A stretch of 62,579 nt of DNA, counting the filler. It is 8 parts of 8 records of this genome, joined end to end, with 100 filler letters (N's around TTAATTAATTAA, not from the genome) between each part and the next. Parts side by side here need not be neighbours in the genome. Positions count along the whole stretch, not along the records: positions 16,846 to 22,210 come from SRR31147125_48298; positions 22,311 to 30,950 come from SRR31147125_48336; 6 more parts are not named here. One strand, written 5' to 3'. The translations under genes and the position numbers were made by a program. Each line of letters starts with the position of its first letter. The first letter of the stretch is position 1. Shown here piece by piece: positions 19,916 through 28,692 of the stretch. The notes below the pieces were generated by a model. The model was given only the letters and a program-made list of their open reading frames with translations. It searched no databases and was not told the origin of the DNA.

Positions 19916-21181
19916 TTACTGTTGCTTCATTTTGGGAGGAGTATAGGTACACAGCGGCTCTTCTGCCATATAATCTCCTGTTGCCTCATAGGCTCTTGCA
20001 CGACAACCACCGCACACTTTTCGGTATTCACAGGCGCCGCATTTTCCGCCAAAGTCATCCACGTTTCTCAGTTTGTTGAAAACTTCCGAATTCTCCCACA
20101 CCTCCTTAAATGATGCTTGGGTGATATCACCGCACTTGACATCTAAAAATCCGCAGGTTTGCACTTCACCAATGTGAGAAATAAAACAGAAACCGGTTCC
20201 GGCAAGGCAGCCCCGGGTGACGGCGTCCAGACCGTGACTTTCAAACGTCACTTTTTTGCCTTCCGCCTTGGCCCGTTGTCTTAGGATCCGGTAATAGTGC
20301 GGGGCACAGGTGGCTTTCAGCTGAAGTGGGGTCTTGTCCCGTTGATCATAAAACCAGTTGAGTGTTTCTTCATAGGCGGCGGCATCAATGGCTTGGTCGA
20401 TAATGTATTTTCCTCTTCCTGTGGGTACCAGTAGAAAAATGTGATGTGCGACGGCACCAAGAGACTCTGCCAGGGCCAATATTTTAGGAATTTCATCCAG
20501 ATTGGCTTTGGTGATGGTGGTATTGATCTGAAATTCAAGTCCCACCTCCTTTGCCAGTCGGATTCCGTTAAGTGCACCGTCAAACGCCCCTTCTACCCCT
20601 CTGAACGTATCATGGCGTTTTTTTGTGGCGCCATCCAAGCTGATGCTGATTCTTTTGATGCCGGAGGCTTTCATTTTTTCGGCATTTTTTCGAGTAATCA
20701 GCGTACCATTGGGCGCCATCACCATTTTTAAGCCGATTTTTGTACCGTAAGATGCAATATCGAAAATGTCGCTTCTCAGCAATGGCTCGCCACCGGTCAG
20801 GATGATAATGGGCTGTCCCACTTCCCGAATTTGGTCCAGTAGCTTGAATGCCGCTGCTGTATCCAGTTCATTGTCGTAATAATGATCTTCAGCAGCAGCC
20901 CGACAATGGACACAGGAGAGATTGCATCGACGAGTTGTTTCCCATGCGACCAACCGGAGTGTGTGACCACTCGGACCGGAGGCACCATGGGGATGCCCTC
21001 CACCATGAACTTGCGTACGATGCGGATGACCGTGGGAAGACATTGGGTGGTCATCTTCTCCACGGGGAGGGGCGGTTTTCGGATGAGAGTGAGGCTTTGT
21101 TGTCGAGTGAAACTGTGAAGAAGAGGGATGCCGTTCATGCCCATTCCCGTTGGAATTCGTATTGGAATTGTTCGTTTCCAT
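19916..21181 (-). CDS. ahbD: Heme b synthase (radical SAM/SPASM) with a His-rich N-terminal extension
   Basis: LVAWETTRRCNLSCVHC, HHIFLLVPTGRG, LKATCAPHYYR, SPASM cysteines; directly downstream of hemB as in ahb operons. Confidence 0.88.
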   Translation of the reverse strand: METNNSNTNSNGNGHERHPSSSQFHSTTKPHSHPKTAPPRGEDDHPMSSHGHPHRTQVHGGGHPHGASGPSGHTLRLVAWETTRRCNLSCVHCRAAAEDHYYDNELDTAAAFKLLDQIREVGQPIIILTGGEPLLRSDIFDIASYGTKIGLKMVMAPNGTLITRKNAEKMKASGIKRISISLDGATKKRHDTFRGVEGAFDGALNGIRLAKEVGLEFQINTTITKANLDEIPKILALAESLGAVAHHIFLLVPTGRGKYIIDQAIDAAAYEETLNWFYDQRDKTPLQLKATCAPHYYRILRQRAKAEGKKVTFESHGLDAVTRGCLAGTGFCFISHIGEVQTCGFLDVKCGDITQASFKEVWENSEVFNKLRNVDDFGGKCGACEYRKVCGGCRARAYEATGDYMAEEPLCTYTPPKMKQQ

Positions 21182-22158
21182 TATCCGTTATTCAACTCCT
21201 TTGCCGCGTCGATTGCGGAGTAGGTCAAAATCATATCCGCTCCGGCACGTTTGATGGAAAGAAGCGTCTCCATGACCACTTTCATGCCATCGACCCAGCC
21301 CATCAATTCTGCGGCTTTGATCATGGCGTATTCACCACTGACGTTGTAGGCAGCCATGGGAAGATCGATTTCATCGCGAAGGCGATGGATGATATCAAGA
21401 TAGGGGAGCGCAGGCTTCACCATGATGATGTCGGCTCCCTCTTCCACGTCCATGGTGGCTTCCCGGATGGCCTCCAGTGCATTGGCCGGATCCATCTGGT
21501 AGGATCGTCGATCTCCGAATTGCGGCGTGGAGTCGGCAGCTTCTCGAAACGGTCCGTAAAACGCGGATGCGTACTTCACGGCATAGGACATAATGGGAAT
21601 ATGGGAAAAATTCTCTTCATCCAAGGTTTGCCTGATTTCTCCCACACGGCCGTCCATCATATCGGAAGGGGCAACCATATCCGCTCCGGCTTTGGCATGG
21701 GAAAGGGCGGTTTGGGCCAGAAGGTCAAGGGAGGCGTCATTATCGATAATGCCGTTTTCCACCATTCCGCAGTGCCCGTGATCGGTATATTGGCAAAGAC
21801 AGACGTCGGTGAGAACGGCCATGTCGGGGACCGCTTCTTTGACCGCTTTGATGGCTTTTTGAACAATGCCGTCAGCCGCATAAGCCCGGGTTCCGAGGGG
21901 ATCTTTTTTATCAGGCAATCCAAAGAGCATCACCGCAGGAATTCCCAGATCATATGCGTCTTGAACCACTTTTACCAGGTAATCGCATGTATATTGAAAA
22001 TGGCCGGGCATGGAGGGAATCGGGTTTTTGACTCCTTTTCCTTCAATGGCAAACAGCGGGAGGATAAAATCATTGACCGTAAGGATGGTTTCCCGCATCA
22101 TTTTTCTGAAAGCACTTTTCTCCCTAAGTCGTCTTGCTCTGAAATCCGGAAACAGCAT
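21181..22158 (-). CDS. hemB: Porphobilinogen synthase
   Basis: DVCLCQYTDHGHCG, APSDMMDG, SAFYGPFR, MVKPALPYLD, YNVSGEY. Confidence 0.97.
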   Translation of the reverse strand: MLFPDFRARRLREKSAFRKMMRETILTVNDFILPLFAIEGKGVKNPIPSMPGHFQYTCDYLVKVVQDAYDLGIPAVMLFGLPDKKDPLGTRAYAADGIVQKAIKAVKEAVPDMAVLTDVCLCQYTDHGHCGMVENGIIDNDASLDLLAQTALSHAKAGADMVAPSDMMDGRVGEIRQTLDEENFSHIPIMSYAVKYASAFYGPFREAADSTPQFGDRRSYQMDPANALEAIREATMDVEEGADIIMVKPALPYLDIIHRLRDEIDLPMAAYNVSGEYAMIKAAELMGWVDGMKVVMETLLSIKRAGADMILTYSAIDAAKELNNG

Positions 22159-22210
22159 GGATCTTCATCTCCTTTTATTAGAAAAACCTCACGCTCATTG
22201 GTTCGAGGAT

Positions 22211-22310
22211 NNNNNNNNNNNNNNNNNNNNNNNNNNNNNNNNNNNNNNNNNNNNTTAATTAATTAANNNNNNNNNNNNNNNNNNNNNNNNNNNNNNNNNN
22301 NNNNNNNNNN
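22211..22310. other. Artificial contig spacer
   Basis: N-run + TTAATTAATTAA + N-run. Confidence 0.99.
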
Positions 22311-22555
22311 TATCCAACCATTTTTGCTACCAGAGTATATTCGCCAACCGGCAAATCAACCAACATGTAATGCCCGGTAACGTCGGTTGCAGTTCCAAAC
22401 TTGGTTCCTTCCAAATATATGTTTACAAAAGGAATGTGTTCTCCCTGCGAAACTACGTGCCCAATAATTACAGCATCGGAATGTTCTTCTTGCGCATGAG
22501 TATATTGTATAAGAATAAGCAAGAGCAGACTTAAACAGGTTATATTTTTAATCAT
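22311..22555 (-). CDS. N-terminus of a Bacteroidota TonB-dependent receptor (CarboxypepD_reg-like domain), 3'-truncated
   Basis: Signal peptide ending THA-Q; GEHIPFVNI..GTATD.TGHY...LPVGEY....VGY pattern. Confidence 0.75.
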
Positions 22556-22578
22556 TTTAATCGATTTTTAGTTTATAA

Positions 22579-22632
22579 CAAAAGTAGGGAGGAAAGAGTT
22601 TTTGGGCAATTTATTTAGACTGAATCCAAATA
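22579..22632 (-). promoter_or_regulatory. Bacteroidota -7 promoter element plus a candidate metal-regulator operator
   Basis: TACTTTTG (TAnnTTTG) on the minus strand at 22586-22579; imperfect palindrome TATTTAGA-CTGAA-TCCAAATA at 22612-22632. Confidence 0.5.
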
Positions 22633-22688
22633 GGTTTTGTCGTTGTTACATAGATAAATTCAATATTGCGATTGACTTTCAAATTGAG

Positions 22689-22719
22689 TTTGCCTCCGCA
22701 TAAAAGATTATTAAATTTG
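22689..22719 (+). promoter_or_regulatory. Bacteroidota housekeeping promoter
   Basis: TTTG (22689-22692), 19 nt, TAAATTTG (22712-22719). Confidence 0.6.
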
Positions 22720-22749
22720 TTTCGTTATATAAGAGATAAACTTTGAAGT

Positions 22750-23652
22750 ATGAGTAGTGAAATTGACGCAGTTCAGCGCGAATCGAAAGATAGAAGGAAT
22801 AATATTATTGTAATTATACTTTCAGTAGTATTGGTGGTAGTGTTGGTGCTGTTCTTTTTTCAGCGTCGCGACCACAAAGGAATGGTTAATGAAATTAAGG
22901 CCGAAAAAGATTCTATACAGTTCGAATTAACCGAAATTGCTACCAGCTACGACTCGCTTAAAACTGAAAACGATACCATAAACGAAGCACTTTTTGTTGC
23001 CCAGGCAAAAGTAAAAGACCTTTTGGTTGAGGTGGAACAAACAAAAAAAGTAAGCTACTCGAAAATTTCCGGTTACCAACAACAGGTTACCACTTTGCGC
23101 GGCATTATGCGCGATTTTGTTGTTCAGATAGATTCGCTGAATAAGCGCAACGAACAGTTAATGGCCGAAAATCGCGAAGTAAAGGAACAGTACAAACAAT
23201 CGGAGCAGGAAAAAGAAGTGTTAAGTAAAGAGATTCAACGTCAGCAACAAAGTTTGAAACGTGCAGCTATGTTGGAGGCCCGCGAATTAATTGCTGATCC
23301 GGTAAATAGCAGAACTAAAGTTACCAAGTTTGCCAAACGTACCGAAAAGATTCGTATTTATCTGATTCTTGGTAAGAATGCAACAGCTAAGCGTGGACCT
23401 AAAAATGTATACGCGCGTATTATGCGTCCCGATCAACTGTTAATGGGTAAATCTGAAAATAATCTTTTTCAGTTCGAAGATTTAAAAATTCAGTATTCGG
23501 CTATGCGCGAGGTTGTTTACGAAGGCCGCGAATTGCCACTAACCATTTGGTGGGATAATACAAACGAACCGGAATTAATGATAGGTACTTACACCGTTAA
23601 CATTTTTGCCGACGGAAACGAAATTGGTGAAACGACATTTACTATAAAATAG
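22750..23652 (+). CDS. Hypothetical membrane-anchored coiled-coil protein with a C-terminal beta-rich domain
   Basis: One N-terminal TM, long helical/heptad region, C-terminal GTYTVNIFADG; clean ORF with a promoter. Confidence 0.8.
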   Translation: MSSEIDAVQRESKDRRNNIIVIILSVVLVVVLVLFFFQRRDHKGMVNEIKAEKDSIQFELTEIATSYDSLKTENDTINEALFVAQAKVKDLLVEVEQTKKVSYSKISGYQQQVTTLRGIMRDFVVQIDSLNKRNEQLMAENREVKEQYKQSEQEKEVLSKEIQRQQQSLKRAAMLEARELIADPVNSRTKVTKFAKRTEKIRIYLILGKNATAKRGPKNVYARIMRPDQLLMGKSENNLFQFEDLKIQYSAMREVVYEGRELPLTIWWDNTNEPELMIGTYTVNIFADGNEIGETTFTIK

Positions 23653-23664
23653 ATAGATCGGAAA

Positions 23665-23816
23665 GTTTGAAATCGCTCCATGCGATGCTATCCTTAGTCT
23701 GAGAAAAAAGAAAAACAGAAACATTCAACATTGTGGATAGCATTTGACCTCGTGCCTCGGCAACAGATGCCATCCTGGGGCAAAAGGATGGAATCGCTCT
23801 AAGCTATGCTATCCTT
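23665..23816. repeat. Cluster of degenerate REP-like palindromes (consensus GGATAGCATCGC-n-GCGATGCTATCC)
   Basis: AATCGCTCCATGCGATGCTATCCTT (23671-23695), GGATAGCAT...ATGCCATCC (23735-23775), GGATGGAATCGCTCTAAGCTATGCTATCCTT (23786-23816). Confidence 0.65.
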
Positions 23817-24518
23817 GGATTTAACTTTCGACAGTTTCTTCTTCCAGCGTTTATAATCCGAAAATGCCTGTTCTGTTTTAAAGCGTTTGCCATGCCCGGG
23901 ATAAATGCATGTAATTTCCATTTCGAAAAGCTTTTCCCAGGTTTTTAATAATACTTCCGGCTCATCGGCAAAAGGTGGAAAAATTCTTCCGTTTGGTGTA
24001 TTAATAAATGTGTCGCCCGAAATTAGCATGTCATCAATTAAAATAGATTGCGAACCGTTTGTGTGTCCGGGAGTGGAAATAATTTTCGCTTCTATACCAA
24101 ATTTATCAAGGTGGAAAATGTCGTGATTTATTAGCTGAGCAGAAAAAGGTTTAGGTGATGCATAACGTGGTAATATTTTGCGCCCGAGTTTGGAAATCAG
24201 TCCCGAATATTTTCCGTTTCCCACAGGAATTTGAGTAAAACCACTTTCCAGATTTTTGAATTCATTTTTATGAACCAACACAGGAGCACCTGTGTATTCA
24301 ACCAATTCGTGCAGGTTGCCGGTATGATCGTAATGCGTGTGGGTTAAAACAATAAGCTTAACATCTTCGGATGTTAAACCGGCTTCTGCAATTAACATCT
24401 TGAGCTTTTTTATTCCGCCCGACACTCCGGTATCTACAATAATTGAATTTTGCCCATTTTTAATGAGAATAGCATTTGAATAGCCGATGCGTTTCTGAAT
24501 GATTTTTATTCCTGGCAT
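23799..24518 (-). CDS. MBL-fold metallo-hydrolase
   Basis: VDTG, THTHYDH, TPGHTNGS, SGD, PGHG. Confidence 0.9.
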   Translation of the reverse strand: MPGIKIIQKRIGYSNAILIKNGQNSIIVDTGVSGGIKKLKMLIAEAGLTSEDVKLIVLTHTHYDHTGNLHELVEYTGAPVLVHKNEFKNLESGFTQIPVGNGKYSGLISKLGRKILPRYASPKPFSAQLINHDIFHLDKFGIEAKIISTPGHTNGSQSILIDDMLISGDTFINTPNGRIFPPFADEPEVLLKTWEKLFEMEITCIYPGHGKRFKTEQAFSDYKRWKKKLSKVKSKDSIA

Positions 24519-24613
24519 GAGCGAAATTTTTTCCTGAAAGTACAATAAATCACGAATCACTTAGCCGTAAATGGTACGAAAATGATTTTATCTTTGCGCA
24601 ACATTTAGAATTT

Positions 24614-25393
24614 ATGGCAACATTTTTATTCGATAAAATAATTTTTGGGCCGGTGAAAAGCCGCCGGTTAGGAGTCTCTTTAGGTATTAACTTGCTTCCA
24701 ACTAATGTAAAAGTATGTTCGTTCGATTGTATTTACTGCGAGTGTGGTTTTACGCCTAAAGAATACTACGAGAAAGTAACACTTCCGTCATGAACCGAAG
24801 TGCGCGAAAAACTGGAAGCTAAGCTAAACGAAATGGCAGCCTCAAACGAATTGCCCGACGTAATTACTTTTGCCGGAAATGGAGAGCCAACACTGCATCC
24901 TGAGTTTGGTGGTGTTATAGACGATACCATTGAATTGCGTGATAAATTAGCACCCGATGCCCGAATTGCCGTACTTGCCAATGCTACAATGAATTACAAG
25001 GAACCGGTTTTTGAAGCATTACTAAAAATTAAGGATAATATTCAAAAATTGGACTCCGCTTTCGAAGATACAGTGAAATTACTAGATGCCCCAAAAGGTA
25101 ATTTTAGCCTCGATAAAATTGTTGAAGGTCTGATTGCATTCCAGGGGAAACTGGTTATTCAAACCATGTTTGTTCGCGGAAGTTTTAAGGGACAAGCAGT
25201 TGATAACACCACCGAAAAAGAGGTAGCTGCCTGGTTAGAATTGCTGAAGAAAATTAATCCGCGCCAGGTGATGATTTATACCATTGCCCGCGATACTCCG
25301 GTTGAAACACTCGAAAAAGTTCCGCTCGAAGAATTAAATGCAATTGCCGCTAGGGTTCGCGAGGCCGGATTCGATGTTCAGGTTTCGGGATAA
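24614..25393 (+). CDS. Radical SAM protein with an in-frame TGA at codon 60 (24791-24793): point error or recent pseudogene
   Basis: MATFLFDKIIFGPVKSRRLGVSLGINL..CSFDCIYCECG is in frame with the listed 24800 ORF (FAGNGEPTLHP); promoter TATCTTTG at 24589-24596. Confidence 0.85.
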
Positions 25394-25394
25394 G

Positions 25395-25690
25395 TAGTTT
25401 AAAGTTTCGGGTTTAACGTTCAACGTGGGTGTAATAAATTTAGATTTACTTCTTATAATATTTGTGCATTTTTTTTGCTTTGTAAATTGCGTAAAAAGCG
25501 TTACGTAAAAAGCGTAATTTTTAATTGGCTTATAGTCAGGGTTTTATGATGATTATACTTGCTGTTGTTGGTTTGCTGGAAATGTTGTAAAAAACGTTAC
25601 GCAAAAAACGCAAAAGATAAGTTGGCTCAAAGTTTAAAGCATTCGTAGTGCAGGAACAACTTTAAACTTTGAACCCGAAACTTTAAACTA
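25395..25690. repeat. MITE-like non-coding element bounded by heptamer-built terminal inverted repeats
   Basis: Left TAGTTTAAAGTTTCGGGTTTAACGTTCAACGT; right end reverse-complements to TAGTTTAAAGTTTCGGGTTCAAAGTTTAAAGT (first 19 nt identical). Confidence 0.7.
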
Positions 25691-26130
25691 TAGCGTTGTT
25701 CTGTACCACTCCGAGCTTTTCCCCATCCAGCGGATTCCGGCAACAAAACCTTTTAGTTTTAGCAAGTCGGTACTTTCGAGCCAGGCATAACAATCGTATG
25801 TTTTTCCCGATTTCGGATCGTAAATAGTACCGTCTTTCCATTCCTTCTTTTTGGTGTCGTATTCAAAACCTTCCAGAATTTGTATTCCGATAATGGAGCG
25901 TTCGCGTAGAGCCGGATCCGGATTTTCATCATCTTTTGGTGGCTGACCATTTTCATATTTTTCAGGAATCATGTAAACAATAGTGCCAATGTATTTTCCG
26001 TTTTTCTGCTCTACTTCAATTTTAGTAGTTTTTTCGTCGTTCCACCATACTCCAACAATTTTGTCTGTATCTTGTGCAAAACCTGCAAAGGCATAAAATC
26101 CGAGAAAAAAAGAATCAATAACTTCTTCAT
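25688..26130 (-). CDS. Exported DUF2147 protein; probable 1-nt error in the homopolymer at 26105-26111
   Basis: D.ENPDPALR.RSIIG, WKDGTIYDPKSGKTY; restoring one base joins the signal peptide MKKLLILFFLGFYAFAGFAQ to IVGVWWN. Confidence 0.85.
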
Positions 26131-26210
26131 AATATTTGATTTTGGATTATTTTTAAGGATTAAATATATAAAAATCAAACCGTATTTTTATTTTGTCCAA
26201 AATCATTGTT

Positions 26211-28598
26211 ATGAAAATCTTCAAACGCATCTTTCCCGGATTACCTATTTTACTTGGATTGGCTTTATTAGTTTCGGTTGGTTATTATCGAAATGTAAAA
26301 GAAGCTGCCATCCCCGATTATAACGAGAACATTTATTTTGCTGAATTGAATGAAGAAGTTAATGTTTTTCGCGATGCACACGGTGTACCTCATGTTTATG
26401 CCGAAAATGAAGTCGATTTGTACAGGGCAGTTGGTTTTACAATGGCGCAAGATCGTTTGTGGCAAATGGATTTATTGCGGCGGGTAACCCAGGGAAGATT
26501 ATCAGAAATTTTAGGAAAAGACCAGCTTAATACCGACCTGATGATGCGGGCTTTGCGAATTCAGGAAAAATCGGAGAAGGTTTTAAAAGTATCATCGCCC
26601 GAAGTTACTTTGGCATTAAAAGCCTTTGCTGAAGGAGTGAACCATTACATTACTAAATATCCTTTGCCTCCCGAGTTTAAAGTATTGGGTTATAAACCTG
26701 AATTATGGGAGCCGGTTCATTCCATTAATCTTATTGGCTACATGTCGTGGGACTTGTCGATGGGGTGGGGGACTGAATACTTTCTGCATCAACTACGGAA
26801 TGAGGTTTCTGACAAAAAAATTGCAGAGTTGATCCCTGATTTGGGAAACCACAAAACAGCCATTTTTCCAGAGTTTGGAAATATAGATTTGAAAGGTGCA
26901 GAAACGCTTCTTTCTGCCACAGAAAACCTAACCGAACTGGGTGCCGAAATTTTTAATGGAAGTAACAACTGGGCGGTAGCAGGCAAAAAAAGTAAAACCG
27001 GAATGCCACTATTGGCCAACGATATGCATCTGGGATTATTTGCACCTGGGATTTGGTATCAAATGCATCAGGAAGTTGAGGGGAAACTGAATGTTACCGG
27101 TGTTGTGGTTCCGGGGCAGCCATTTATAATTTGTGGACACAATGCAAATATTGCCTGGGGAATGACGAATGTTATGGTTGACGACCTCGATTTTTATGCC
27201 GAAACACTGAACGAAGATTCTACTAAATATTTATTTGATGGCGAGTGGCGCAATTTAATTGTTCAAAAAGAGAGCATTAAAACGAAGGAAGGTAAAATTA
27301 TTGAAGAGGAGTTAAAATTTACCCACCGCGGCCCCATTGTAAATCGTTTCAAAAAGGAAAAAGAAACGCCACTTTCCATTCGGTGGCTGGGTAATGAGAT
27401 GAGCAACGAAATAAGAACGGTCTTTCTGTTGAACAGGGCAAAAAACTGGACTGAATTTCGTGATGCAGCAAGCTCGTTTAAATCGGTTAGCCAAAATATT
27501 GTTTATGCCGATGTGGAAGGAAATATTGGCTTGCAATGCAGTGCCGGCCTCCCAATTCGCGAAGGCTCGGGGATACAAATTTACCCCGGCGACAGCAGCA
27601 AGTACGATTGGAAAGGGCTGGTGCCCTTTGAGGAATTGCCTTATGAGTTTAATCCGGAACGAGGTTATGTTTCTTCGGCCAACAACAAAACGGTTTCCGA
27701 AGATTATCCGCACTATATTACGCATTGGTTTGCTACGCCGAGCCGCATCGACCGTATTCGCGAAATGCTGGAAGAAAAGGAAAAACTGGGAGTCGACGAT
27801 TTTAAAGCCATGCATGCCGATTGGAAATCGAAAACTGCTGAGCGAATGACGAAAGTTTTTGTTACATCGTTGAAAAATCAGAATAATTGGAACGAAACAG
27901 AAAAGAAGGCGCTGAAAAAACTAATAAGCTGGAATTACAATTTAACGCGCGAAAGCCAGGCTGCTTCTATTTTCGAAATTTTGTACCGAAAGTCGATGGA
28001 GAATTTGGTAAAAGACGAACTTTCGGCTGATTTGTTTAAGGGAATGCAGGGGCAAAAAATGTTGCTGGAAAACGTGATAATTAACCTTTTGGCAGAAAAC
28101 GGTTCTACATGGACCGATAATGTAACTACCGATAAAGTAGAAACTTTTGATGATATTGTTGCGATGTCTTTTAAAGAAACGGTTGAAGAGCTTTCCGCTC
28201 AATTGGGCGACAATATTGAAGCCTGGGAATGGGGAAAAATCCACACGTTTACTATAAAACACCCATTGGGCGTAGTAACCGCAATGGATATAGCTTTTCA
28301 TTTAAATCGCGGACCATTCGAAATGCCCGGAAGTTATCACACAGTTTGTCCTTATTCTTATTCGTTTACAAAGTTGTATGAAACCGTTCATGGAGCATCG
28401 CACAGGCACATTTACAGTACCGGAGATTGGGATATGTCTGAAACAATTATTCCAACCGGGACAAGTGGAATTCCTGCCAGCAATTTCTATCTGGATCAAA
28501 CAGAAATGTATTTAAACAATGAATACCATTCAGATTTGTTTAAAAGGGAAGCCGTTGAAAAAGCGGCAAAATTTGAGATGTCTTTTATCTCGAAATAA
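26211..28598 (+). CDS. Penicillin acylase family (S45 Ntn hydrolase)
   Basis: RDAHGVPHVYA, AQDRLWQMD, GSNNW nucleophile, ANDMHL, SANN. Confidence 0.92.
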   Translation: MKIFKRIFPGLPILLGLALLVSVGYYRNVKEAAIPDYNENIYFAELNEEVNVFRDAHGVPHVYAENEVDLYRAVGFTMAQDRLWQMDLLRRVTQGRLSEILGKDQLNTDLMMRALRIQEKSEKVLKVSSPEVTLALKAFAEGVNHYITKYPLPPEFKVLGYKPELWEPVHSINLIGYMSWDLSMGWGTEYFLHQLRNEVSDKKIAELIPDLGNHKTAIFPEFGNIDLKGAETLLSATENLTELGAEIFNGSNNWAVAGKKSKTGMPLLANDMHLGLFAPGIWYQMHQEVEGKLNVTGVVVPGQPFIICGHNANIAWGMTNVMVDDLDFYAETLNEDSTKYLFDGEWRNLIVQKESIKTKEGKIIEEELKFTHRGPIVNRFKKEKETPLSIRWLGNEMSNEIRTVFLLNRAKNWTEFRDAASSFKSVSQNIVYADVEGNIGLQCSAGLPIREGSGIQIYPGDSSKYDWKGLVPFEELPYEFNPERGYVSSANNKTVSEDYPHYITHWFATPSRIDRIREMLEEKEKLGVDDFKAMHADWKSKTAERMTKVFVTSLKNQNNWNETEKKALKKLISWNYNLTRESQAASIFEILYRKSMENLVKDELSADLFKGMQGQKMLLENVIINLLAENGSTWTDNVTTDKVETFDDIVAMSFKETVEELSAQLGDNIEAWEWGKIHTFTIKHPLGVVTAMDIAFHLNRGPFEMPGSYHTVCPYSYSFTKLYETVHGASHRHIYSTGDWDMSETIIPTGTSGIPASNFYLDQTEMYLNNEYHSDLFKREAVEKAAKFEMSFISK

Positions 28599-28692
28599 CA
28601 GAAAATTCAGGGACGATATAATAATTATCTTCCTCTGCTAAACCCGGGCTGTTACTTTTACGTTCTACCAACAACGTACTAACAAAACTATT

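Noticed and set aside
20848-22266. 472-aa plus-strand ORF opposite hemB/ahbD (likewise 40320-41219 opposite lysS and 50514-51689 opposite cobN)
   Set aside because: Shadow ORFs with no domain signal; the opposite strand carries the conserved protein.
24791-24793. Selenocysteine or stop-codon reassignment at the radical SAM TGA
   Set aside because: No Cys-type context or obvious SECIS stem-loop, and I saw no other in-frame TGA on this contig; CGA to TGA is the simpler explanation.
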